Assembly (NCBI GenBank): GCA_964016885.1
Contig: OZ024740.1
Span: 317,068,001 to 317,132,000, forward strand
DNA: 64,000 nucleotides
Direction: 5' to 3'
Source: Eledone cirrhosa
Lineage: Eukaryota
The notes under the pieces were generated by a model that made no database searches, was not told the DNA's origin, and saw only the letters and a program-made list of their open reading frames with translations. This document shows positions 11,040-23,860 of the stretch, piece after piece. The translations under genes were made by a program, and so were the position numbers. The first letter of the stretch is position 1. The number at the start of each line of letters is the position of its first letter.

Positions 11040-11460
11040 GTTGTAGTGGAGGTGGTCCAACTAAACTCCAAAGTAAAGTACATAGATTCTGGTATTGGAA
11101 TTTAGTCATCATAAATAAAATCTTACTGAGTATGACTATTATGAAGGCTGGCTCTATTGCTGACAGCTATCTTACTTTCTCTAGCAGCAACCTGGTTAAA
11201 TTAGCATTGGACCCAGGCTCTTTTATCCAACAGGCTGAAGATTGCTAGCTGACAAAGTATTGGTTGCTCTTTGATAGGTTTATCATTGAACCCAGGCTCA
11301 GATTGGTGGAGACATCTGGCATCCTGGGTCCCTGAACCACCTCCCTACTTACTGCAATCAGGATAGAGATGGCCATTTACAAAGGCAAGCACTATAAGGT
11401 TAACTAGCTCTTTCAGTGTATCTCTTTCCTTGTCGTCCAGGGGTAATGTATTCAGCATTC
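11040..11460 (+). mobile_element. Decayed CRE-like (RLE endonuclease) non-LTR retrotransposon C-terminus
   Basis: Translation fragments IADSY, LALDPGSFIQQAEDC*LTKY, LVETSGILGP and QCIS..VQ(R)GN follow the order of CRE-clade RLE motifs (A.SY...GSAA..AE..K..KY...VET.G..G...QR.S.AIQRGN). Confidence 0.55.
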
Positions 11461-11519
11461 TGTCCACTTGGATCATGAAACAACAACAAAATTAAATATA
11501 ATATTGATTAAGCAAGTGT

Positions 11520-13500
11520 TAATAGTCTACACATCTTTGTGTTAATCTACACATCGGTGTTAGTCTACACATGTTTTAGTCTACACGTTTTCGTGTTAGT
11601 CTACACATTTTCGTGTTAGTCTGCTCATCTTCCTGTTAGTCTACACATCTTCTTGTTAGTCTACACATCTTCCTGTTACTCTACACATCTTCCTGTTAGT
11701 CTACACGTATTCCTATTACTCTACACATCTTCATGTTAGTCTACACATCTTTGTGTTAGTCTACACATCTTCGCGTTAATCAACGCAGCTTCCTGTTAGT
11801 CTACACGTTTTCGTGTTAGTCTACATGTTAGTCTACACATTTTCGTGTTAGTTTACACGTCTTCCTGTTAGTCTACACGTCTTCCTGTTAGTCTACACAT
11901 ATTCCTGTTAGTCTACACATCTTTGCGTTAGTCTTCACATCTTCCTGTTAGTCTACATAGCTTCCTGTTAGTCTTCACATCTTCCTGTTAGTCTATATAG
12001 CTTCCTGTTAGTCTTCACATCTTCCTGTTAGCCTTCACATCTTCCTGTTAGTCTTCACATCTTCCTGTTAGCCTTCACATCTTCCTGTTAGTCTACACAT
12101 CTTCCTGTTAGTCTATATAGCTTCCTGTTAGTCTTCACATCTTCCTGTTAGTCTTCACATCTTCCTGTTAGTCTTCACATCTTCCTGTTAGTCTACATAG
12201 CTTCCTGTTAGTCTTCACATCTTCCTGTTAGTCTATATAGCTTCCTGTTAGTCTTCACATCTTCCTGTTAGCCTTCACATCTTCCTGTTAGTCTTCACAT
12301 CTTCCTGTTAGCCTTCACATCTTCCTGTTAGTCTATATAGCTTCCTGTTAGTCTTCACATCTTCCTGTTAGTCTATATAGCTTCCTGTTAGTCTTCACAT
12401 CTTCCTGTTAGTCTTCACATCTTCCTGTTAGTCTACATAGCTTCCTGTTAGTCTTCACATCTTCCTGTTAGTCTATATAGCTTCCTGTTAGTCTTCACAT
12501 CTTCCTGTTAGCCTTCACATCTTCCTGTTAGTCTTCACATCTTCCTGTTAGCCTTCACATCTTCCTGTTAGTCTACACATCTTCCTGTTAGTCTATATAG
12601 CTTCCTGTTAGTCTTCACATCTTCCTGTTAGTCTTCACATCTTCCTGTTAGTCTTCACATCTTCCTGTTAGTCTACATAGCTTCCTGTTAGTCTTCACAT
12701 CTTCCTGTTAGTCTATATAGCTTCCTGTTAGTCTTCACATCTTCCTGTTAGTCTTCACATCTTCCTGTTAGTCTACATAGCTTCCTGTTAGTCTTCACAT
12801 CTTCCTGTTAGTCTATATAGCTTCCTGTTAGTCTTCAGATCTTCCTGTTAGTCTTCACATCTTCCTGTTAGTCTTCACATCTTCCTGTTAGTCTTCACAT
12901 CTTCCTGTTCGTCTTCACATCTTCCTGTTAGTCTTCACATCTTCCTGTTAGTCTTCACATCTTCCTGTTAGCCTTCACATCTTCCTGTTAGTCCTCACAT
13001 CTTCCTGTTAGTCTTCACATCTTCCTGTTAGTCTTCACATCTTCCTGTTAGCCTTCAGATCTTCCTGTTAGTCTTCAGATCTTCCTGTTAGTCTTCACAT
13101 CTTCCTGTTAGTCTTCACATCTTCCTGTTAGCCTTCACATCTTCCTGTTAGCCTTCACATCTTCCTGTTAGCCTTCACATCTTCCTGTTAGCCTTCACAT
13201 CTTCCTGTTAGCCTTCACATCTTCCTGTTAGTCTACACATCTTCCTGTTAGTCTATATAGCTTCCTGTTAGTCTTCACATCTTCCTGTTAGTCTTCACAT
13301 CTTCCTGTTAGTCTTCACATCTTCCTGTTAGCCTTCACATCTTCCTGTTAGTCTACACATCTTCGCGTTAGTCTTCACATCTTCCTGTTACTCCATATAG
13401 CTTCCTGTTACTCCACACAGCTTCCTGTTTCTCTACACATCTTCCTGTTTCTCTACACATCTTCCTGTTAGTCTATACATCTTCCTGTTAGATTACATGC
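11520..13500 (+). repeat. 20-bp satellite (~95 units) with higher-order structure
   Basis: Unit GTCTTCACATCTTCCTGTTA with variants GTCTACATAG, GTCTATATAG, GCCTTCACAT and GTCTACACAT. Edges are degenerate. Confidence 0.97.
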
Positions 13501-14107
13501 TTTACAATCACGCTACACATCCTTATCAACCACCCTACATGTCTTACAACCACCCTACACACCTTTATCAAATCCAACAAAAAAAACAGAAGAGGAGACT
13601 TAACAATCTAGTAAGACTTAACAATACAACTTAAAGAGTTAAATTCTCAACTTATAGCTTGACATATTAACATTTCAATATTTCAATAACAAAGGACAAC
13701 AAGAGAACAGAGCTGATGTATCTATTGAATATTAAATATTGTTTTACTATAGAGAATTAGTTTGTGTATGTTGTGTTGTATCATGGTGAACTGGGACATA
13801 TGATATGAGATAAGTTGTCTTGTTTTTGTTTTTTTGTAAATTAATATTTCAAAGATATTTCTGTGTATATATAATGGTTTCTGATTTAGACACAAAACCA
13901 ACAAATTTTGGGGAGAGGAAAGAAGTCAATTAAATTTACCCCAATGCATTACTGGTACTTTATTTAAACACACTGTAAAGATGAAAGGCAAAGTTAACCT
14001 TGGTGGGCTTTGAACTCAGAACATAATGGTACATAATTATGTGCCACAAAGCATTTTGTCCATTGATCTACTGATACAGCCAATCCACCACCCTCTCTGT
14101 GTAGAAA

Positions 14108-14327
14108 TATATACTATAATAAGAGTGCTGTGTGTCTGTCTGTTCATCATGCTCACTTTATATAGAGAGGGGGAGCACCAAGTGAGAGATATGTAAATAG
14201 AGAGAGAGAGAGAAAAGGGAATGCCGTGTGTTTTTGTGGTGACATAAAGAGGTAGATAGACAGAAAGTTATGACGTTGCCCTCATCTATATATAGAGGGG
14301 GAGTGCCAAGCGAGAGATATGTACATA

Positions 14328-14361
<34 letters not shown>

Positions 14362-14403
14362 TGTGTGTATGACAAAGATGGCGAAGATATCTCCCTCATC
14401 TAG
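14108..14403 (+). mobile_element. Non-autonomous Helitron-like element
   Basis: Homologous to 8774-9058. Subterminal hairpin followed by a CTAG|T 3' end. Confidence 0.7.
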
Positions 14404-15284
14404 TAATGATTATCTTGTTATACTGCTGCGTGCCAACCCAGTGAGGAGTTGAGCTCCCTAGGTTTTCTCCTATGGTCCCATCAGGAGTTACGAGTACATA
14501 CATACATGATGGCTGCAACTCAATTTCGAGTAATGTCATCACTTGATACTTGAGCATGAGCATCACAAACGTGGCTTTTTAGTCCTGCTAGGGACTTGCC
14601 AATGGCTAGCAATACCATGCATCACAAAAAATGTCACATATCAAGTGATGCCTGTACTTGAAGCTTTTTTAAATGAGGAGAGGCTTTGCATAGGGCCAAT
14701 CCCACTCTTTGAACATCAAATGTATTTGCCCAAAAAGAAGAACTGGTCCACAAAAAACAATTAAATAAAGCATACATACATATATATTAAAGATTCTAAA
14801 TTAGTTCATTATACTTTCTCTTGTCATGTTCTTGTCATATTGAGGTAATCAGTTAGTTTGACTGCCTGTTTCAGAAGATATAGTGAAACATTACACTAAA
14901 TTCTTCAGACATTTGAAGATCTATCAAATAAAGAAATGTTCCGTGTTATATATTGAACAATAATTTCTTGTTTCTTCAGAGCACAAGAACTACAGCATGA
15001 TTGCTTCTGACTTTATAAAGTAATTTTCAAAAGAAGTTTTCTTTGTATGGGCAATGTGAAATTACACATGTCTAACTATTGAAAATGTATTAATTAGATC
15101 TCTCCGTACCCCCCCCCCCTCTCTCTCTCTCTCTCTCAAATAATGCAGCCAATTTCCCCCGCATTACTTTTAGTTAGCACCCCGAACGCATAATTGGGAA
15201 TATAATCACTTATTTCCTAATGTTTGTTGAGTGAGTTGGAATTTGGCCGGAGTATCGCTAAAAAGCTTTCTTCGATATTGTATT

Positions 15285-15323
<39 letters not shown>

Positions 15324-15332
15324 TTTTATATT

Positions 15333-15490
15333 TAGGCTAAATACTGAGACTTGTTATTCTGGAATTTCAGATGATGACTCTGGCAAAACTCCAGAGTAAC
15401 TATACTCACTATTTAGCATTAATAAAATGAATATTAAAACTCTTCTTTAGTATCGAGTACTCATTTCTCTCAGTCATCAACCGCATACAG
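15333..15490. repeat. Fold-back repeat element next to (TA)n
   Basis: Imperfect hairpin GCTAAATACTGAG...CTCACTATTTAGC. Homologous to 46742-46900. Confidence 0.7.
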
Positions 15491-15519
15491 ATGTGTGTAT
15501 ATATATATATATATTGGGT

Positions 15520-15612
15520 CGTTTATGCTTTGCTGTTCGCGTATATTACTATTACACATCCATCGGAGCATGCAGGTTTCGTTTCTTTCTAATCTACACA
15601 AGTCTTCCACAA
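15520..15612 (-). mobile_element. Short RTE LINE fragment
   Basis: Translates VEDLCRLERNETCMLRWMCNSNIREQQSIN. Confidence 0.85.
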
Positions 15613-15664
15613 TGGGCTGGGTGGAGTAGGAATTATGTTGGTAGATAAAGTAATTGCCATAAAT

Positions 15665-16600
15665 AGTCATCATCATCACCGTTTTACGTCCGTTCTTCCA
15701 CACTAGCATGGGTTAGACGGGTTGTCCTGTTGTAGGAAGTGTCCGGTCGGCTGACCATGCCTTGCTCATATGGGAACTGATTCTGGCTTGATTTCTACAG
15801 CTGCATGCTCTTCCTAACACCAACCTCATTTACAGTGAGTGTTGGGTGCTTTTTTCCGTGGCACCTACACGTCCACTTTACAGTGTGAGCTGGGTGCTTT
15901 TTTGCTGTGGCACCTCCACGACCACTTTCTAGTGGGACGGTGTGGGGGCATATTGTCTATATGCTTCAGCTTCGGCTTGTACCCGTGGGGGATCGGGATC
16001 TGTATTACTGTGTGACGCCAGAGGTCACAGTCGTGTGTCATCGCCTTTGAGAGGTGTAATTGGGTAAGGTCTTCTTGGGTCTCCCCACTCCGCGGTTTCC
16101 ATCAACTTCTAGTGCTCTGCATCTTTTTATGCAGCTGTCATCCTTCATACGCATCACATGTCCATACCAACGCAACTGCCTCTCCTGCACATAGCATTTG
16201 ATTCTTCTTATGCTCAGTCTCTCTCTCAATTCATTTATGCCTTGCCATTTGTGTATTACACATCCATCGGAGCATGCAGGCTTCGTTTCTTTCTAATCTA
16301 TGCAAGTCTTCCACAGACAGCGCCCAGGTCTCACTACCATGTAACATTGCTGTTCTTATACATGCATCATACAGTCTGCCTTTCATTTTGAGGGAAAAGC
16401 CTTTTGCAGCTAGCAGTGGCAGTAGCTCCCTGAACTTCTTCCTTCCCGTTCTTACCCTAGTTATTGTACTTTCCAAACACCCACCTCCGCTGCTAATTCG
16501 GTCACCTAGATAGCAGAAGCTGTCTACTGTTTCTATAGAGCCCTCCCAGAGTTTGGTGGTACTTGTTTCCTGTGGCTGTTTGCTGCTTGCTGTCCCAGTG
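15665..16600 (-). mobile_element. 5'-truncated RTE LINE, sister subfamily
   Basis: Translates DSFCYLGD...RVRTGRKKFRELLPLL...HGSETW...LRWYGHVMRM...GRP, followed by its own 3' tail ending GGACGTAAAACGGTGATGATG. Confidence 0.92.
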
Positions 16601-19600
16601 AACGACAGAATAATTAAAATAAGACTAGTCCTAAATAGAACTACTGTGACAATAATATCCGCTTATGCACCTCCATCTGGCCTACCTGATGTTATAAAAG
16701 ACAGATTATGAGTCGCTAATGCTCACTACCTCCCAAATAACCGACAGTGACTACATAATTATTGCTGCCGACCTAAATGGTCATGTTGGACAACATTGTG
16801 ATGGCTATGACGGAATCCATGGAGGCTATGGGTTTGGTACTAGAAATGAGGAAAGCTTCAGAATCCTGGAATTCTGCGACACTAATAACCTAATTATCTG
16901 TAACACAAACTTCAAAAAATGAGACAACCACTTGATCACCTATAGATCAGAGGAACACGCCAGCCAGATAGACTATATCCTTACTAGAAGACGTGACAGT
17001 GTCTGTTGTAAATACTAAATCCCTCCCCCGTGAAGAATATACTTCCCAACATAGCTAGTGACCTCATAGTCAGCACTAGACGTACTTGACAATAGAGGAG
17101 AAGAATATGGAAGTTGAAGGACCCCACAGCCAGTAACAAATTTAAAAGCATGTTACTTGATGCTTATGATAGTAAGGAAGAGCAATTAGAGACGTACAAT
17201 ATAGAGGAATTCTTGAAAGTTAACCTGCTGAAGGCGACATGAAATCTGTGGCTGGAGCAGACCTATAGGCAGGAGGAGAGTAACTTGGTGATGGAACAGT
17301 AAGGTGGAGGAGTCAATCAAGGCCAAAAAGCAGGCTTGGAAAGTATGGCAGGATGGGGAAAGTAGAGAACACTATCAAGTGGCCAGGAGGGAAGCTAGGA
17401 GACAAGTATACTTTGCAAGAAGGGAAGCAGAGGAAAGAAAGTTCAAGCATGTTCTACAACGCGAGGACCAAAAATGTGAGGTGTTCAGGATTGCTAGACA
17501 ATGTGTCAAGGAAAACCGTGATATTGTCGGGGAGAAGTGTGTCCGTAATGATGATGGTGTACTTGCCCTCACCGATAACGATAAGAAGGTAGCTTGGAAG
17601 TGTCACTACGAGAGACTACTAAATGAGGAGAATAAATGGGAAAAAAATAGTCTGCCCCAAATCGATCCAATAGAGGGACCAGTGGTGCAAGTTGAAGGTA
17701 GTATAATAAGTAAGGCAATCAAAGATATGAAGACAGGCAAGGCAGCTGGGCCTTTGGAGATAGTTGTTGAAATGCTGAAAGCATCTGGAATGGTAGGACA
17801 CACTATGGTCACTCAGATAGTAAACCAAGTAATACAGAATGGGATCATACCAAATCAAATGACTGGCATAGCAGCAGCAGCATCATTAACTGTTACAAGG
17901 GTAAAGGAGATTCTCTAGATAGGGGAAACTATAGAGGCATTAAGTTAGTTGACCAGGTTGTGAAGGTCACAGAAAGAGTTATAGCACAACTAATCAGAGA
18001 GCGAATTGATCTAGATGAAATGCAGTTTGGGTTTGTGTCAGGTAAAAGTACCACAGACGCTCTTTTCCTTGTACGACAACTACAGAAGTACCTAGCTAAA
18101 AGTAAACCCCTCTACTTAGCTTTTGTTGACTTGGAGAAAGCCTTTGACAGAGTTCCCTGCTCCATTATCTGGTGGGCTCTTAGAAAACTAGGTGTAGATG
18201 AATGGCTTGTGAGAGCTATACAAGCCATGTATAAAGAAACAGTCAGCAAGGTTAGAATATAGTGAAGAATTTAGCGTAAAAGTTTCTGTTCATCAAGGCT
18301 CTGTCTTTAGCCCCCTCCTATTTATTATTGCCCTTCAGGCTATAACAGAGGAGTTCAAGACGGGCTGCTCATGGGAACTTCTATACACAGATGATCTAAC
18401 GCTCATAGCTGAATCAATGGCTGAACTAGAGAAGAAATTCCAAACATGGAAGCATGGCCTAGAATCAAAAGGCCTTAAAGTTAACTTGTCTAAGACTAAA
18501 GTTCTAGTATATAGAAAGGAAAAAAGGGCACAGGTGCTCTCTGGGAAATGGCCATGCTCAGTGTGTAGGAAAGGAGTAGGCAGAAATTCCATTTTATGTC
18601 CCAAATGCAAACTATGGGTACATAAAAGATGTAGTGGGGTCACAGGTAAGCTAGCTAAGAACGTAGATTTTATATGTGGCCAATGCTCAGGTGCAATGAG
18701 TAGCAAATGCCCACAGGATACTAGCTCCTTCTCTTGCCCAGATGGTTCTATAGAAATAGTGGACACTTTCCGTTACCTGGGTGACAAAATCAGCAGTGGT
18801 GGAGGGTGCTCTGAAAGTACTGTAGCCAGAGTCAGAACGGGATGGAAAAAGTTCAGAGAGCTTATACCACCATTGGTCGCTAAAGGTTTCTCTCTAAAAA
18901 TGAAAGGCAGACTGTCTGATGCCTGCATACGAACAACAATGCTACATGGCAGTGAGACATGAGCATTGTGTGCAGAGGACCTGCGCAGACTGGAGAGAAA
19001 CGAAGCTTGCATGCTCCGTTGGATGTGTAATGTGTAATATACGCGAACAGCAAAGCATAAATGAACTAAGTGAGAAATTAGGAATAAGAGGGATCAGATG
19101 CTGTTTACTTGAGAGAAGACTATGTTGGTATGGTCAGGTGATGCGCATGAAAGATGACAGCTGTATAAAAAAGTGCAGGGCGATCAAAATTGATGGAAGT
19201 TACGGAGTAGGTAGACCCAGAAAAACATGGGATGATTTGATAAATTCCGACCTCACACACTTACACCTTTCTAAGACAATGTCACTGGACCGAGATCTTT
19301 GGCCCCACGCTGTAATACAGAAGACCCGCCTTGCCTATGTACAAAGCGAAACCTAGTCAGAAGGCACCTCTTAACCAAATATACACCCCGTCCCACTACC
19401 CCTACTCCACCCTCCCACTACCACTAACACCACCCTTTGGTGTTGATGGGACAAAAAAACACAGTCCATGCTGTAATGTGGCCGTGTAGGTAACATGGTA
19501 AGAACCTCCCAGTCCACACTGTAAATGTGGTTGGGCATCCAGCCATAGAAAACCTGCCAGACAGTCCTATACGAGTGATACACGGTCACCCAACCAATCT

Positions 19601-19669
19601 TGCCTCAAGTGGGACAATTCCCGTCTAAACCCATGCTAGCATGGAAGATAGACGTTAAACGATGATGAT
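16597..19669 (+). mobile_element. RTE LINE, 5'-truncated and heavily disrupted
   Basis: ORF pieces 16719-19356 align to the 24940 ORF, with many indels and stops. Tail AGACGTTAAACGATGATGAT. Confidence 0.95.
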
Positions 19670-19861
19670 ATCATCATCATCATCATCATTCACCAATAAT
19701 ATATATATATGTGTATATATATATAATATATATATATACATATATATATATATAAAGTATTGAAGTTTCCGTTGAAAATTGAAAAAGTCATAGGAGTGAA
19801 GAGTGCTCTATGTAAGTTACAGAGCTAAATTTAATGTATAATAAACAATACAATATAATTA

Positions 19862-19929
19862 CCTCATTACCAGAGGTTTCCTGAATAAGACGAATACAAG
19901 AAATGTCCCCATTCGTTCGTCAGACAAGG
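19862..19929 (-). ncRNA. Type I hammerhead ribozyme motif (CUGACGA core)
   Basis: Minus strand reads CCUUGU-CUGACGA-ACGAAU...AUUCAG-GAAA-CC UCU GG-UA|AUGAGG. Stem I has 6 bp including two G-U pairs; stem II closure is imperfect. Confidence 0.65.
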
Positions 19930-20200
19930 CAATTTAAAACATAGTGAAATATTTGAAAAATCTCAAGAAAGACAAAAGTTTAACGGGCAAAAAAAATATA
20001 TAAATAAAAGTAATGCAAGAGATATATAAAAATAAAATAAGGAAATATAGTAAGGGTATGTGTATAAATGTGTGTATATGCACCTACAAATGTACATATT
20101 TGTGCATGTACAAATGCATGTGTATAGTGAAAAAATGTCTGCGTAAGTACATACATGAGGGCAAGCATATCAGTGTGTGTGACCACAAATACATACATTA

Positions 20201-20236
<36 letters not shown>

Positions 20237-21268
20237 CATACACAGGATGTTCCCCAAAAATGTATACATTTTTGGGGACATCCATGCTAGCGTGGAAGAT
20301 AGACGTTAAACGATGATGATGATGATGATGATGATATATTACTCTTTTACCTGTTTCAGCCATCCGGCTGAGGCCATGCTGGGGCACCACCCTTATATAT
20401 ATATATATATATATATATTACATAGTTGTTTCTACTCTAGGCACAAGGCCAGCAATTACCCAGTACATTACTGGTACTTTATTTTATCGGCGGGATTACA
20501 TAATGGTTTCTAATTTTGATACATAACTAGCAATTTGTTGGGGGGTGGAGTAGTTTCATAAACCATGTTGAAGCCTCTTTTTTATTAAGTTTAATAAATG
20601 TTTTACAAAAAAAAAAAGAAAAAAGAATATTTTTCTAATATCTTTATTTTGCTTGTTTTTCTTTCTGGCAAAGTTAATTAGGAGGCACGCTGGACATAAA
20701 CAAAATGAAACTGGTAATGTTGTATTGTACATTAACTTCATATAAATGTTAGATGGGCGGATAGGCAGAACTACAGAATTACAGTTTTAGTAACTTAATT
20801 TAATGATTCATTTTCCCTTGCTTGACAATAAGTGAACAGTTATGAGAGATTGAAATGGCTTTTTAAACATCAATTATAGTGGAATTTTAATGGAGTGGAG
20901 GTAGGGTGGAGTGAGGGGAGAATTACATTTTCATTTCATGTCTTATTTTTATAATTAAAAATATTTGATCTGTTCATAACTTGATTTGATATTTGAATCA
21001 TCAGTGGAAAGAAAAATTATGATTTTTTTTTGTGTGTGTGTGTGTTTTTTTAGTGGTGAGTGGGGTGGAGAGTGGAGTGATGGTGGGGGTGAAACATCTG
21101 TATGAGTTACAGGAATATGCCTTGCATATTAACAATTAACTATCCAGTTGCCAAATGGGTGTGGTCCCAATTTTATAGTTAGTTTCACTGAATTAACCAG
21201 GGTCATAATGACTCTAAATTCAATCAAGTGCTGTTTGTTTAAGGTTTCAAAATCAGTAATTGGGTATC

Positions 21269-21503
21269 TTAACTCTTAACGTCCTGTACCGCATGAAACC
21301 GCGTTAGTAAGATGTTCTTGAAAAAATACAAAACAGCACTGTGATTGCATCTCATTAAAAATAAGTCTTTACTCCAATTGCAAATTTCCATAATGATCTG
21401 TCCACTATTAAAAATACTATAAACATTTGAATTAACAAGCCAGTTTTGGGGGGTTTTTTTTTTAGATACTTTCTGCTAAATCATTACAGGACGTCAAGAG
21501 TTG
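21269..21503. mobile_element. TTAA-flanked (piggyBac-type) MITE, family A
   Basis: Ends TTAACTCTTAACGTCCTGTA / TACAGGACGTCAAGAGTTGA. Degenerate copies at ~51255-51462 and ~54083-54310. Confidence 0.7.
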
Positions 21504-21759
21504 ATATCAAAAGAATAATTTTAAAAAAGCCACCAATTCTTTTTGAGTCATTTTACAATTGATGTGGCTATATGTAATTATTGTTGTTACACACAGTTAA
21601 GGAATGCTCATGTATTTTTATTAATGCCAAAGAGAGGTTCTTCTCATATAATGTATAGGTAAAATGAATGAAGTCAGATGAACCAAAGAAAGAATATTAA
21701 AACCACCAGATAATGCAGTAGAAAGATGGTGGTAATGGTTTAGATATGATGAGACAGTT

Positions 21760-22085
21760 ATTTAGCCCCACCCAGATCAACTCTGATTGAGCACTATGAT
21801 CAAATGTTTAACCTCAGATCAACTCTAATTGAGCAAACCTAGGATCAAATGTTGTTTATCCCCAGATCAACTCTGATTGTGCAGACCTAAGATCAAATGT
21901 TGTTTATCCCCAGATCAGCCCTGAATGAGCAGACCTAAGATCAAATGTTGTTTAGCCCCAGATCAGCCCTGATTGAGCAGACCTATGATTAAATGTTGTT
22001 TAGCCCCATATCAGCTCTGATTCAACAAACTTGTCAAATATTTAGCCCTAGATCAACTCTGATTGAACAGACCTGTGATCAAATG
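21760..22085 (+). repeat. 48-bp tandem repeat (~7 units)
   Basis: Unit CCCCAGATCAACTCTGATTGAGCAGACCTAAGATCAAATGTTGTTTAT. Single-unit relatives at ~52480 and ~5930. Confidence 0.85.
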
Positions 22086-22838
22086 TGTTCATGCCTTGGC
22101 CATCTATTTTTTTCAGTAGTGTCCATTCAAGACAACGTTGTGTTCTTCCCTTTTTAAGATATGGTATAATTTGAAGATTTTGCTGCTATTTCTAGCATTA
22201 TGAAAACCTCATAAGAAGGTTCCTCATTGATTTGTGACAGTATATGTTGGAGAGAAAAACATGGTATACCACACTCCTCCATACTATATCATACCAAATT
22301 TTTTATGTCATGGACAAGGTACAATAGTTTACTCTGAAACAGATTAACAGGTAACATATAACTACCTCATGTTAGTATTGGAAAAAAAAGAAAAAAAAAA
22401 CCCTCAGTGAAAAGAATTCTCCCCCAAGCTGCAAAAGCTATCCATCTATGTCAAAACCTATCCATCTATTTAAGCAAAGTGAAATAGGTGTTACTATTCA
22501 AAATATGGATTTGTTTATGACTTTAATTAGCAATATAATTAATTCATAGGCTTTAATCTTTTTTTCTGAATAATCGGATTATATTGCTGAATCAATTACT
22601 AATGTAAGATAAATTAACCATGTGGTCAAGAAATATTGTATAGGTTTTGCCCATTTACCTATTATCAAAATATTAAAAGAAGGGCGTAGCTAATTGTTAA
22701 TCTCATTTTGAAACATCTGGAAGAATGACAAAGTTAACCAGATGAGATTTGAACTCAGAATGTAAAGTCTGTAATTAGATATACTGCAAGGCAATTTGAC
22801 CTGCCAATTCGACTCTCATGAAGCCATTATGATTTGTC

Positions 22839-23452
22839 TTAACCCTTTTGTTATCATATTTCTGATGAAATACACTGCCTACTCTCGGGTCCCAAATAAT
22901 GGCGAGGTGGGGTTACAAGCAGGGATTTTGAAAATTGGTAATTTTTCTAGGTTGTCTCCGTTGGTTTTTTTTTTTTTTAAACCAGAATTAGTCGTTTAGT
23001 TTATGTATCAAGACTCCCAACCCATCCTATTCATTTTATAACGTATGGGATTTCTAGTAATGTACTTTGTTTTTTGCCTTGTATTATGTTTTTTCAATGT
23101 ATAAAGAAAATTAATTGTTGCAGGAATGCTACCACTTAAAATAAAATTTCGCCTGAGATAGATTAGCAAAATTTAATAAGCAGAGGTGTTTGGAAAAAAT
23201 CTGAAAAATTAATAAGCGGTGGGAGGGGGTTATTTGAGACCCAACAGTATGTGTTTCAATAATTTGGAAAATAATTCAAAATTTAGTGTAATCTAATAAA
23301 ATAATTTTTAAATTAGTAAATTGATGTTTGGAATGTTAACAATTTCTTAAGTAAAATTATTATGAAAGGTTCTAATATAAATATGAACATTTTAAAATGG
23401 AAAGTTTTGTATCATAAGTTCAGGGGCAATTTCCGGTGGGTTGGTACCAAAA
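22839..23452. mobile_element. TTAA-type MITE (family C) with nested TA-flanked MITE
   Basis: Outer element TTAACCCTTTTGTTATC...TTGGTACCAAAAG, with relatives at ~36377-36812 and 62448-62685. Inner element 22880-23249 has TA-CTCTCGGGTCCCAAATAA / TTATTTGAGACCCAACAG-TA inverted ends. Confidence 0.6.
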
Positions 23453-23544
23453 GCCTATACAGGGTGGACTGGGTGTTTTTAGTTGTGCTACCATCATGGA
23501 CACCTAACAGTGTGGACTGGGTGCTTATTTGTCATGTCACCGGT

Positions 23545-23860
23545 ACAACCACACTATATAGAGCTCATGTAAATGTCATGACAAAAAGCACCCAACCCAC
23601 ACTGTAAAGTGGTCATGTAAGTGTCACAACAAAAAGCACCCAGCCCAAACTGTAAAATGGTTGTGTGGGTGTCATAACAAAAAGCACCCAGCATACACAC
23701 AGTAAATGTGGTTGGCATTAGGAAGGGCATCTAGCTGAAGAAACCTAACTAGAAACAGTTCTATATAAGTAAGACATGATCACCTGACTCAACTTGCTTC
23801 TAATGCGACAACCCGTCTAACCCATGCTAGCATTGGAAATGGACGTTAAACGATGATGGT
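23545..23860 (+). mobile_element. RTE-tail element with 48-bp units
   Basis: Three to four units plus the RTE tail ending GGACGTTAAACGATGATG. An inverted partial copy lies immediately upstream. Confidence 0.75.

Noticed and set aside
11520-13500. Repeat-encoded protein
   Set aside because: The 20-bp unit carries TAG (+) and TAA (-) that cycle through all frames.
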